Shown here: positions 35,108-43,107 of the stretch, piece by piece
Position numbering within the stretch: position 1 is the stretch's first letter
Layout of the letters: every line of letters begins with the position of its first letter
From: an uncultured Bacteroidales bacterium
Lineage (GTDB): Bacteria; Bacteroidota; Bacteroidia; Bacteroidales; ML635J-15
Assembly (NCBI GenBank): GCA_964426585.1
Contig: CAYRQZ010000005.1
Span: 1 to 56,132 of the forward strand
Direction of reading: 5' to 3'
Length of the DNA: 56,132 bases
Notes under the pieces: model-generated
What the model saw: the letters and a program-made list of their open reading frames with translations, nothing else
Database searches by the model: none
Told to the model about the DNA's origin: nothing
Translations under genes and position numbers: made by a program

Positions 35108-36205
35108 ATGCCTCAAGACCTAAACCTACGCAACTTATTAGAAAAAGCTGCAAATCTCAAATTTCTAAACTTAGAAGAAGCAGAATATATTTATGAAAAA
35201 GCAAGCCTAGCTGAGCTTTTGATTACTGCAAACATAATTCGTAATAAACTTCACCAAAATAAATTTGTTAGTTATATTATCGACAGAAATATAAATCTTA
35301 CGAATATCTGTTTTTCCAATTGTTTGTTTTGCAATTTTTGTCGTAATAAAAACTCAAGTCAAGCTTATGTTTTAAGTATTAATGAATATATAGAAAAAAT
35401 TAATGTTCTAAAGTCTTTAGGCGGGAATCAAATCCTACTCCAAGGTGGAATGAATCCCGCATTAAAACTTGATTTTTACGAAATGCTTTTTAAAGAACTA
35501 AAAAATTTATATCCCGACTTAAAACTTCATGCCTTAGGACCTCCTGAAATTTATTTTATCGCTAAACAAGAAGGTATAAGCACAAAACAATGTTTAGAAA
35601 TTCTTATAAATGCAGGTCTTGATAGTTTGCCCGGAGCTGGTGCCGAAATTTTATCCGACAGAGTCCGCAAAATAGTTTCGCCAGCAAAAGTTAGTGCAGA
35701 AATTTGGCTTAATATTATGCACCAGGCTCACGAACTCGGACTAACAACTTCTGCAACAATGATGTTTGGACACTTAGAAACTAAAAAAGAAAGATTAGAA
35801 CATTTACTAAAAATTAGAGATATTCAAAATATTAAGCCAAAAAACTCCAAAGGTTTTATTTCGTTCACAGCTTGGCCACTAGCAGGCGAAAACACTAAAT
35901 TAATGCAGAAATTCCCAGAAATTAAACCCGTAAATTCAACTGAGTTTTTAAAAATTTTAGCCTTATCACGAATTATTTTAACAAATATCCCAAATATTCA
36001 GGTTTCGTGGCTTACTATGGGAAAAGACATAGCAAAACTTGCCCTTAACGGCGGAGCTAATGACATGAGTAGCATAATGATAGAAGAAAATGTCGTTTCA
36101 CAAGCCGGCAAAAACTTCAAAATTGGAGTTCAGGAAATGGAAAAAACTATTAAAAACGCAGGCTTTATCCCAAAATTAAGAAATCAAGAATATGAATATC
36201 TATAA
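35108..36205 (+). CDS. mqnC: Radical SAM menaquinone (futalosine pathway) enzyme, most like cyclic dehypoxanthinyl futalosine synthase MqnC (MqnE not excluded)
   Basis: NINLTNICFSNCLFCNFC (CxxxCxxC), QILLQGGMNP, LHALGPPEI, GLDSLPGAGAEIL, ATMMFGHLET, NIQVSWLTMG and IMIEENVVSQAG. ATG immediately follows the regulator's TAA. Confidence 0.75.
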   Translation: MPQDLNLRNLLEKAANLKFLNLEEAEYIYEKASLAELLITANIIRNKLHQNKFVSYIIDRNINLTNICFSNCLFCNFCRNKNSSQAYVLSINEYIEKINVLKSLGGNQILLQGGMNPALKLDFYEMLFKELKNLYPDLKLHALGPPEIYFIAKQEGISTKQCLEILINAGLDSLPGAGAEILSDRVRKIVSPAKVSAEIWLNIMHQAHELGLTTSATMMFGHLETKKERLEHLLKIRDIQNIKPKNSKGFISFTAWPLAGENTKLMQKFPEIKPVNSTEFLKILALSRIILTNIPNIQVSWLTMGKDIAKLALNGGANDMSSIMIEENVVSQAGKNFKIGVQEMEKTIKNAGFIPKLRNQEYEYL

Positions 36206-36355
36206 TTTTTTATTATTATTTGTAGTGAATAATTTTATACACTATGTTATTTGTTAAAAATTAAAAAAACTAGTGGTTTTAATTAACCGAAGCTAAGATC
36301 TAGCGTGAAAATGGAAAAGTAAAACAGACTTAGCCGCCTTTTTACTTATTCCTCT

Positions 36356-36378
36356 TGACTTCGTTATTTACGAAGTCA
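36356..36378. other. Orphan 8-bp hairpin in the convergent intergenic region
   Basis: TGACTTCG-ttattta-CGAAGTCA. The A7 run follows it on the plus strand and the T7 run precedes it on the minus strand, so neither orientation is a canonical terminator. Confidence 0.5.
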
Positions 36379-36464
36379 GAAAAAAATTATCTCATCTGAG
36401 AATTCTTTCCCATCTGCGACTGAGAAGAATAAGCTGAACAAAAAAAACAAAAACCTTGCTAACT

Positions 36465-37334
36465 CTACTTGGTTTTCCATAAAAATTTTTTAAAAATTCC
36501 AAAACTTTCAGCCTCTGCACCAAAACCTTGATAAAACTTAGCCACTCCCAGAATAGAAGAACCTTCAAAATCAAATATTTTACCCGATTCACAAGCCTGT
36601 TTTATTAAAAAATCTATTAAAAAAGCCATAGACTGACTTTCTTTACCTTTCGCAGAAGAAGCCGGAGCTAGATTATACAATCTATTATTGAAATCGACAA
36701 TAAAAGCTACTGCACAAATCTCGTCATTAATTGTAGAGGCATATAATTTAGCATAAGATAATTTTAAAGACTCTATGATAATTTTTTCTAAAATTATTTG
36801 TAAATCTTGCGTATAAATATCCGAAGCTTCGCGTTTTATAAAATCTAAATACTCTATTAAGCTAATTTCTTTACAAATGTTTCTTAAACTTTCAGCTTTT
36901 TTTAAATTTCTTAATGTATTTTTAGAGTATTTCATGCTTTGCTCATAATAATTCGCTGAATTAATAAAAAAATTAGTCCTTTTATTTTGTAATTTTAAAA
37001 TTTCGTTATCATAAGTATTAGTTTGCAAAATCACATAAAGCTGTGTAATGTTATTATAAAGCTCCAAAACTTGATTCTTATTAAGCTCGAAACTTGCAAA
37101 AACTCCTAGTTGTTGGCAAAAATATGGAGGTAAAATATATTTTATACCAAATTTCGATTTTACAGGCAAAGGCATTAAAACCGAATAGTCTTCATAGCAC
37201 AACAATTCCCAATTTGGAGAAACTATATCTAAATACCAACTAAAAGCATAAACTTTTGACCAAGTGCACTGCAAAATTGTTTGATTATATCTTTCAAAAT
37301 CAATTTCATCATGTTTTAGTTTAAGTATTTTCAT
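36465..37334 (-). CDS. FemAB-like / GNAT-fold acyltransferase (Acetyltransf_6-like, 289 aa)
   Basis: C-terminal NLAPASSAKGKESQSMAFLIDFLIKQACESGKIFDFEGSS...GVAKFYQGFGAE pattern, typical of BioF2-like/FemAB-like GNATs. Confidence 0.55.
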   Translation of the reverse strand: MKILKLKHDEIDFERYNQTILQCTWSKVYAFSWYLDIVSPNWELLCYEDYSVLMPLPVKSKFGIKYILPPYFCQQLGVFASFELNKNQVLELYNNITQLYVILQTNTYDNEILKLQNKRTNFFINSANYYEQSMKYSKNTLRNLKKAESLRNICKEISLIEYLDFIKREASDIYTQDLQIILEKIIIESLKLSYAKLYASTINDEICAVAFIVDFNNRLYNLAPASSAKGKESQSMAFLIDFLIKQACESGKIFDFEGSSILGVAKFYQGFGAEAESFGIFKKFLWKTK

Positions 37335-37356
37335 AAATTTAAGTTTTGTAATAAAA

Positions 37357-38475
37357 TTATCCGATATTACTCAACATTTTCAAAGTTTCAAAATTTAAAA
37401 TCTCAATGCACTTATTATTTATTGCAATAATATTATCACGTCTTAGGTCGGATAATATTCTAACTAAATTTTCGGTTGCTAAGCCCGAAAACTCGGCTAT
37501 ATCTTTACGTGTAATAGACGTATTAATTAAATTAGAATTAAAAACATGCTGAGATAAATACAAAAGAGAGTCACAGACCTTACCAACAGCTTGTTTATTT
37601 GCAATACTGCCGAGTTTATCATAAACCGTTTGTAAAGAGTTTGAATAAATTTTCATGATTTCGATAGCAAAATCAGGGTTTCGTCTAACTATATCGTCAA
37701 ACTCAGATCTTTCAATCAAACAAAACTGAGATGGGACAAGCGCTTTACACGAAAAGTGATAATATGAATCGCCATATAAAGTTGATAAACCAATAATATT
37801 AAAAGCTCCTGTAAATTTAAAAATATGACTTTTATAATGAGAGTTCTCTATAAAAGATTTTACTCTACCCGATTTAATAATCATAATAAACGAGGCAAAA
37901 GTTCCTTGTTTACACACAGTTTCACCTTTTTTGAAGCTTACTTCCACTTTTGTTATTTTATCTATATCCTCTTTACTTAAATGCAAAGACTGAAGAAAAT
38001 TTAAAAAACTACGGTCTCCATAATTTAATTTTTGTTTAGTTTCGATAGTTGAAGCATAAATTTCTTTAAGCTTTCTAAAACTTAGATACTGATTAATTTT
38101 TTCGACTAAAGTATTAAACAGGCGAGTTTCTTCGGGCAAGAACACGCCTTTTTCCGCTCTCACAGGCTTAATATAACAGACACTTAGTTCGCCAACCTTA
38201 TCCTCATCAACAGATAATTCGGAATGTAATTTTAATTCTGTTTTTTTAAAATTTTCACTTTCGACACTCAGTCCGTTAACTTGTATCTTTACTTTACAAA
38301 TATCGGAATACCGCCAACCTATGGGAGCAAATTCACAAATACCACTTAATATTTGTTCAATATTAGAATCAAAATCTTTGAGTAATTCATCTATTCTATA
38401 AATACAATCTAATTCCTTTTTTCGTTCATTTAAAGTTTTTAGAACAAGATTTATATCTTCTTTATCAAAGTCCAT
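37357..38475 (-). CDS. Crp/Fnr family regulator with a roughly 150-aa N-terminal extra domain (372 aa)
   Basis: C-terminal two-thirds: cNMP-binding roll (FKKGETVCKQGTFASFIMIIKSGRVKSF) and HTH ITRKDIAEFSGLATENLVRILSDL. The N-terminal part (ICEFAPIGWRYSDICKVKIQVNGLSVESENFKKTELKLHSELSVDEDKVGELSVCYIKP...GVFLPEETRLFNTLVEKI) is not part of a standard Crp. Confidence 0.8.
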   Translation of the reverse strand: MDFDKEDINLVLKTLNERKKELDCIYRIDELLKDFDSNIEQILSGICEFAPIGWRYSDICKVKIQVNGLSVESENFKKTELKLHSELSVDEDKVGELSVCYIKPVRAEKGVFLPEETRLFNTLVEKINQYLSFRKLKEIYASTIETKQKLNYGDRSFLNFLQSLHLSKEDIDKITKVEVSFKKGETVCKQGTFASFIMIIKSGRVKSFIENSHYKSHIFKFTGAFNIIGLSTLYGDSYYHFSCKALVPSQFCLIERSEFDDIVRRNPDFAIEIMKIYSNSLQTVYDKLGSIANKQAVGKVCDSLLYLSQHVFNSNLINTSITRKDIAEFSGLATENLVRILSDLRRDNIIAINNKCIEILNFETLKMLSNIG

Positions 38476-38669
38476 TTTAACTAAATAATTGCTACAAAAT
38501 TAATAAAAATCAAATAGCTAACAAAAATCATTGATAAATATCAATTAAAATTATCAAAACAAATCATAATAATAATTCAAAAAATAAGAAAGAAATTTTT
38601 AATTTTACCACGTGAAATTTTAAAAAATAAACCACAACGGTTTTAAGTAAATATTTAAAAATTAAAAAA

Positions 38670-40004
38670 ATGAACGTAGAAAAAATCATGACCGACCTGG
38701 AAAAAAAACACCCAGGTGAAGTAGAGTATCTTCAAGCAGTAAGAGAAGTAATTGAAACTATCGAAGATGTTTACAATGCAAATCCTGCTTACGAGGCAAA
38801 CGGAATTATCGAAAGAATTATTGAGCCTGATAGAGTTCTAACTTTTAAAGTTCCATGGACAGACGACAATGGAAAAGTTCATGTAAACATTGGTTACCGC
38901 GTGCAATATAACGGCGCCTTAGGTCCATACAAAGGTGGATTAAGATTTCACCCAAGTGTAAACCTTTCAATTTTAAAATTCTTAGGTTTTGAACAAAACT
39001 TTAAAAATTCGTTGACTTCACTACCTATGGGTGGTGGTAAAGGTGGTTCTGATTTTAACCCAAAAGGAAAATCAGACAGAGAAATAATGCACTTCTGCCA
39101 AAACTTCATGCTTGAATTATGGAGAATAATTGGACCAGAAACTGACGTTCCTGCTGGTGATATCGGTGTTGGTGCAAAAGAAATCGGATATATGTACGGC
39201 ATGTACAAAAAATTAGCTCAAGAACACACAGGCGTTTTAACTGGTAAAAGTATTAAATGGGGCGGTTCTTTAATGCGTCCACAAGCTACCGGTTTTGGTG
39301 CTGTTTATTTTGCAGAAGAAATGCTAAAAACTAAAGGCGAATCATTTAAAGGAAAAACTGTTTGTATTTCAGGTTTTGGTAATGTTGCTTGGGGTGCTGT
39401 TACAAAAGCTACAGAGCTAGGCGGAAAAGTCGTTGCTATTAGCGGTCCTGACGGATATATTTACGACAAAAACGGTATCAGCGGCGAAAAAATTGACTAT
39501 ATGGTTACTTTAAGAGGAACAAATCAAGATATAGTTGAACCTTATGCAAATAAATTTGGTGCCGAATTCCACAAAGGAAAAAGACCTTGGGAAGTTAAAT
39601 GCGATATAGCTATGCCATGTGCTACCCAAAACGAATTAAATAAAGAAGACGCCGAAAATTTAATGAAAAATGGTTGCTGGTGCGTATGCGAAGGTGCTAA
39701 CATGCCTTGTACGCCAGAAGCTGTCGAAATTTTTATGGAACATAAAATTTTATTCGCTCCTGGTAAAGCTGCTAATGCTGGTGGAGTGGCAACTTCTGGA
39801 CTCGAAATGTCACAAAATGCTCTTAAATTATCTTGGTCTGCTGAAGAAGTTATACAAAGACTTCACACTATCATGGTTAATATTCACGCTGCTTGCGTTC
39901 AATATGGTAAAGACAAAACAGGTTACGTTAACTATGTAAAAGGTGCTAACATTGCTGGTTTTATGAAAATTGCTGACGCAATGGTTGAACAAGGTGTAAT
40001 TTAA
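38670..40004 (+). CDS. gdhA: Glutamate dehydrogenase (NADP-type hexameric GDH)
   Basis: GPYKGGLRFHP, LPMGGGKGGSDFNPKG, GFGNVAWG and CATQNEL motifs. Confidence 0.93.
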   Translation: MNVEKIMTDLEKKHPGEVEYLQAVREVIETIEDVYNANPAYEANGIIERIIEPDRVLTFKVPWTDDNGKVHVNIGYRVQYNGALGPYKGGLRFHPSVNLSILKFLGFEQNFKNSLTSLPMGGGKGGSDFNPKGKSDREIMHFCQNFMLELWRIIGPETDVPAGDIGVGAKEIGYMYGMYKKLAQEHTGVLTGKSIKWGGSLMRPQATGFGAVYFAEEMLKTKGESFKGKTVCISGFGNVAWGAVTKATELGGKVVAISGPDGYIYDKNGISGEKIDYMVTLRGTNQDIVEPYANKFGAEFHKGKRPWEVKCDIAMPCATQNELNKEDAENLMKNGCWCVCEGANMPCTPEAVEIFMEHKILFAPGKAANAGGVATSGLEMSQNALKLSWSAEEVIQRLHTIMVNIHAACVQYGKDKTGYVNYVKGANIAGFMKIADAMVEQGVI

Positions 40005-40029
40005 TAAAAAGAACTTAATAAATAAAAAA

Positions 40030-40057
40030 AGCCGCTCTAAGGAGTGGCTTTTTTTTT
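40030..40057 (+). terminator. Rho-independent terminator of gdhA
   Basis: AGCCGCTC-taagg-AGTGGCT followed by T9. Confidence 0.7.
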
Positions 40058-40222
40058 GACGATTATAAGCTTTTTTCTCTCGACCTCAACAATGACAAAC
40101 ATAACTATAATTGCAAAATATCATTTGGAATTATTATATTGGGCTTACAGCCAACATATCCACGGATTGGCATAGTATTAAAAATAAATCTGAATGTTTT
40201 TGATTAAATTTTTATTAAGTAC

Positions 40223-40241
40223 TGCCCTACGGGCAGGGAAG
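40223..40241. repeat. 19-nt repeat copy A (TGCCCTACGGGCAGGGAAG)
   Basis: 17/19 identical to 40290-40308. Contains the self-complementary TGCCC-tac-GGGCA. Confidence 0.85.
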
Positions 40242-40256
40242 TGGTGGGGACAATTC

Positions 40257-40278
40257 ACCGCAGGCTGTCGCCTGCGGT
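40257..40278. other. Perfect 9-bp GC-rich hairpin ACCGCAGGC-tgtc-GCCTGCGGT
   Basis: Read directly. Bracketed by the two 19-nt repeat copies. Confidence 0.85.
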
Positions 40279-40289
40279 TAATCATATTT

Positions 40290-40308
40290 TGCCCTACGGA
40301 CAAGGAAG
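40290..40308. repeat. 19-nt repeat copy B (TGCCCTACGGACAAGGAAG)
   Basis: See copy A. Confidence 0.85.
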
Positions 40309-40334
40309 CATTTTAGGCTAAAGCCAAAAATTAT

Positions 40335-40395
40335 AAATTTGCAATAGTCAATACGCAATGAATTGCGGATTTACAATGCAAAATTTATTATACAT
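40335..40395. repeat. 61-nt direct repeat R1 (itself an imperfect palindrome)
   Basis: aaatttgcaatagtcaatacgcaatgaattgcggatttacaatgcaaaatttattatacat. Differs from R2 by 3 substitutions and 1 indel. Overlaps a TAAATTTG box at 40334-40341. Confidence 0.9.
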
Positions 40396-40517
40396 TTTCA
40401 TAATCTTTAATTCTCCATTCTATTACACACCTTTGGTGCTTATGCTCACCCGCAATCCCCGCCATAGCCCTAACAGGCTATGCTAATGATTACGCTGCGT
40501 TGCAGCTTGTGCCTGCA

Positions 40518-40579
40518 AAATTTGCAATAGTCAATACGCAATGAATTGCGTATCTATAATGCAAAATTTTATTATACAT
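40518..40579. repeat. 62-nt direct repeat R2 (imperfect palindrome, core ACGCAAT-ga-ATTGCGT)
   Basis: aaatttgcaatagtcaatacgcaatgaattgcgtatctataatgcaaaattttattatacat. Ends 6 nt before the tetR stop codon. Confidence 0.9.
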
Positions 40580-40584
40580 ATTTT

Positions 40585-41172
40585 TTATTTTATAAACAGC
40601 TCAAACATTCTATGTTTAAAATCATCAATTCTTTGTTGAGGATAGTTTTCGTCTGCGTGCAAAAAGTCTAAAGCAAAACCTTTTAAAATTGAAATGAACA
40701 GACTTTTTTCAATTTCCGGTTTTTCAAAACGCTCTTTAAAATATCGGTTTATTAATCTTTCTGTTTTTTGAAATTGCTCGCCATAAGGCTCGCTCTGAAA
40801 TAAATTAAAACTCCCTTTTTCGGTAGCTAACTGAAAATATAACTTCCAATAAATTTTATTTTGCTCAATTAATTCAAAATATGAAGAAAGAAAATCTTTC
40901 ATCTCATCTGTCGTAACCTCGTCATCGTGGTCGGGATTCATTAAATTCATAATTATTTCAACAAACTCTTCATAAATTGACGACAATAAAGCTTCTTTAT
41001 TTTCAAAATAATTATACATTAAACCTTTTGAAATTTTTGCCTCACGCGCTATCATACTTATTGAACTCGCATGATAACCCTTATTTGCAAAAAGATTTAA
41101 AGCAGTGCTAAGAATAAGTTTTTTCTTATCTGAACGTATTTCTTTAAACTGACATAAATTTCGTGGCGACAT
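40585..41172 (-). CDS. TetR/AcrR family transcriptional regulator
   Basis: HTH LFANKGYHASSISMIAREAKISKGLMYNYFENKEAL. Start set to ATG 41172, 28 nt downstream of a minus-strand TAATTTTG box at 41200-41207. The ORF-track 41202 is a TTG inside that box. Confidence 0.85.
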   Translation of the reverse strand: MSPRNLCQFKEIRSDKKKLILSTALNLFANKGYHASSISMIAREAKISKGLMYNYFENKEALLSSIYEEFVEIIMNLMNPDHDDEVTTDEMKDFLSSYFELIEQNKIYWKLYFQLATEKGSFNLFQSEPYGEQFQKTERLINRYFKERFEKPEIEKSLFISILKGFALDFLHADENYPQQRIDDFKHRMFELFIK

Positions 41173-41235
41173 TTGTAATAAAATTATTGAACGATTGGTC
41201 AAAATTAATCATTATTAATAAGATTTCAAAATAAT

Positions 41236-41949
41236 TTATGCTTTTGCTAAAACTGCTATGCTTAATTTTACTCCGTAAATTTTTAATAATTCCTCGCCAC
41301 AGGCTTCGAGTGTTGAGCCTGTAGTAATAACATCATCTATCAATAATATGTGTTTAGTTTCTAAGTCTCTAGGGCGATTTATCTGAAACTTTCCCGAAAC
41401 ATTTCTCCATCTTTCTTCTTTATTCATTTTTGTTTGAGTGGTAGTCTCTACAGACCTAACAAGATTATCACAAACAAGTGGAATTTTTGTAATTTGCGAA
41501 ATTCCCTTAGCTATCATCTCGCTTTGATTATATCCTCTTTGTTTTTGTCGATTTGCATGTAAAGGAACAGGAATTAAAATATCAATATCTTCAAAATTTC
41601 TTGTTTTTACCATTTCCGACCCCAGCTCTTTACCCAAAATTACTCCAATTTCAGGCTTATTTCGATATTTTAAACTATGCAATAATCCACGAAACCTACT
41701 GCCCTTATGAAAATTAAATAAAGCAGTAGCTTTTTCAACTTTTATCCTGCCTGCAAAAAGCTCTGTCAAGGGATTTTCTATAAACTTGCTAAAATCTGTT
41801 CGCGGTAAATCAAAAAGACATTTTGTACAAATAGCTCCTTCATTTTTTGACAAAGCCTCACCACAAGCCTCGCAAATATGAGGGTAAAATAAAAACCAAA
41901 AATCTTCTAAATATATTTTAAATTTATTAAACACAAAAATTAAATTCAA
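41236..41949 (-). CDS. comF: ComF family protein (phosphoribosyltransferase domain with N-terminal Zn-ribbon)
   Basis: CEACGEAL...CTKC ribbon and PRT motif ILLIDDVITTGSTLEA. The ORF-track start is a TTG and there is no ATG near the 5' end, so the start is uncertain. Confidence 0.8.
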   Translation of the reverse strand: MNLIFVFNKFKIYLEDFWFLFYPHICEACGEALSKNEGAICTKCLFDLPRTDFSKFIENPLTELFAGRIKVEKATALFNFHKGSRFRGLLHSLKYRNKPEIGVILGKELGSEMVKTRNFEDIDILIPVPLHANRQKQRGYNQSEMIAKGISQITKIPLVCDNLVRSVETTTQTKMNKEERWRNVSGKFQINRPRDLETKHILLIDDVITTGSTLEACGEELLKIYGVKLSIAVLAKA

Positions 41950-41976
41950 ATCATAATATATTGGTAAATATAAACT

Positions 41977-41984
41977 TATTTTTG
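41977..41984 (+). promoter_or_regulatory. Bacteroidota -7 box (TATTTTTG) for the GSCFA gene
   Basis: TAnnTTTG match 28 nt upstream of ATG 42012 and inside the TTG-initiated ORF-track extension. Confidence 0.45.
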
Positions 41985-42011
41985 CAAATAGTTCAAAAAA
42001 TAAAAATTACT

Positions 42012-42986
42012 ATGAAATTTTTGACTTTTGTTGAATTGCCAAATAATGATTTCAGTATTTCACATTCTGATAATTGTGTTTTTATAGGTTCTTGTTTTGC
42101 CGAAAATATTGGAAATAAATTATTCCAAAATAAATTTAAAGCTTTTATCAACCCGACAGGAATACATTATAACCCATTATCGCTTGCAAAATCAATAGAA
42201 ATGGCGATAAACTCAGAATTAATTCAAGAAAAAAATATTTTTCAAGCAAATTCTTTATTTAATAATTTTAATTTTCATTCAAAGTTTTCAAAACCAAGCA
42301 AAAAAGAGGCAATTTTATCTTTTAATTCTGCACTTAAACAACTGAGAAATGCCTTAATATGCTCAAAATTTTTATTCGTAACTTTCGGCACTTCTATGGT
42401 TTACAAAAACAAAACTGATAATTCTATTGTTTCCAACTGCCACAAACTTCCTGCAAAACAATTTACACTAAACTTTTTAGATTGCGATGATATTGTCTCA
42501 ACTTGGCTAGAAACTATTGAACTTTTAAGAAAGGAAAATTCAGGCTTAAAAATAATTTTCAGTCTTAGTCCTATTCGCCATTTAAGAGATGGAGCTATTC
42601 AAAACCAACAAAGCAAAGCCAATTTATGTATAAGCATAAAAAAAATTATAGAAAGAACAGAAAACAGTTATTATTTTCCTGCTTTTGAAATTGTAAACGA
42701 CGAACTTAGAGATTATAGATTTTATGCCGAAGATATGATACACCCTTCTGCCTTAACAATAGACTATATTTACGAAAAGTTTTCAGAATCATTTTTTGAT
42801 ACAAATACAAAAATTCTTAATAAAAAAATTGAAAATATTATAAACGCAAAAAATCACAAAGTGTTTAATCCAAAATCAGAAGAACATAAAAAATTTTGTA
42901 TGAAAGTTTTAAACGATATTGAAAACTTAAAAAATACTGCCTTGAATTTTTCAGATGAAAAAGCATATTTTAATTCTTTTTTATAA
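42012..42986 (+). CDS. GSCFA domain protein (SGNH-like)
   Basis: The eponymous motif IGSCFAENIG near the N-terminus. Start moved from TTG 41961 to ATG 42012. Confidence 0.8.
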   Translation: MKFLTFVELPNNDFSISHSDNCVFIGSCFAENIGNKLFQNKFKAFINPTGIHYNPLSLAKSIEMAINSELIQEKNIFQANSLFNNFNFHSKFSKPSKKEAILSFNSALKQLRNALICSKFLFVTFGTSMVYKNKTDNSIVSNCHKLPAKQFTLNFLDCDDIVSTWLETIELLRKENSGLKIIFSLSPIRHLRDGAIQNQQSKANLCISIKKIIERTENSYYFPAFEIVNDELRDYRFYAEDMIHPSALTIDYIYEKFSESFFDTNTKILNKKIENIINAKNHKVFNPKSEEHKKFCMKVLNDIENLKNTALNFSDEKAYFNSFL

Positions 42987-43107
42987 AAAAATATAAGTCT
43001 ACAAAACATTTTAAGAAATAATTTGTTTTGGAAGTGAACAAATATAGAAATAAGTATTATTTTTGCTTAAAAGTTAAAATTTTGTATAATAAAAAAAAAG
43101 ATAGATC

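Noticed and set aside
36392-36592. 66-aa minus-strand ORF
   Set aside because: It overlaps the 3' end of the FemAB-like gene in another frame and runs into the intergenic hairpin region. It has no supporting signal.
40396-40517. Small ORFs in the repeat-bracketed core (14 aa on plus; 25 aa MAGIAGEHKHQRCVIEWRIKDYENV on minus)
   Set aside because: They have no promoter or start context and are very short. The sequence is better explained by hairpin-forming structure. They are retained only as a note under the repeat finding.
40335-40579. Possible CRISPR array
   Set aside because: There are only two repeat copies of about 61 nt separated by 122 nt, the repeats are palindromic along their full length, and no cas genes are present. 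This geometry does not fit CRISPR.
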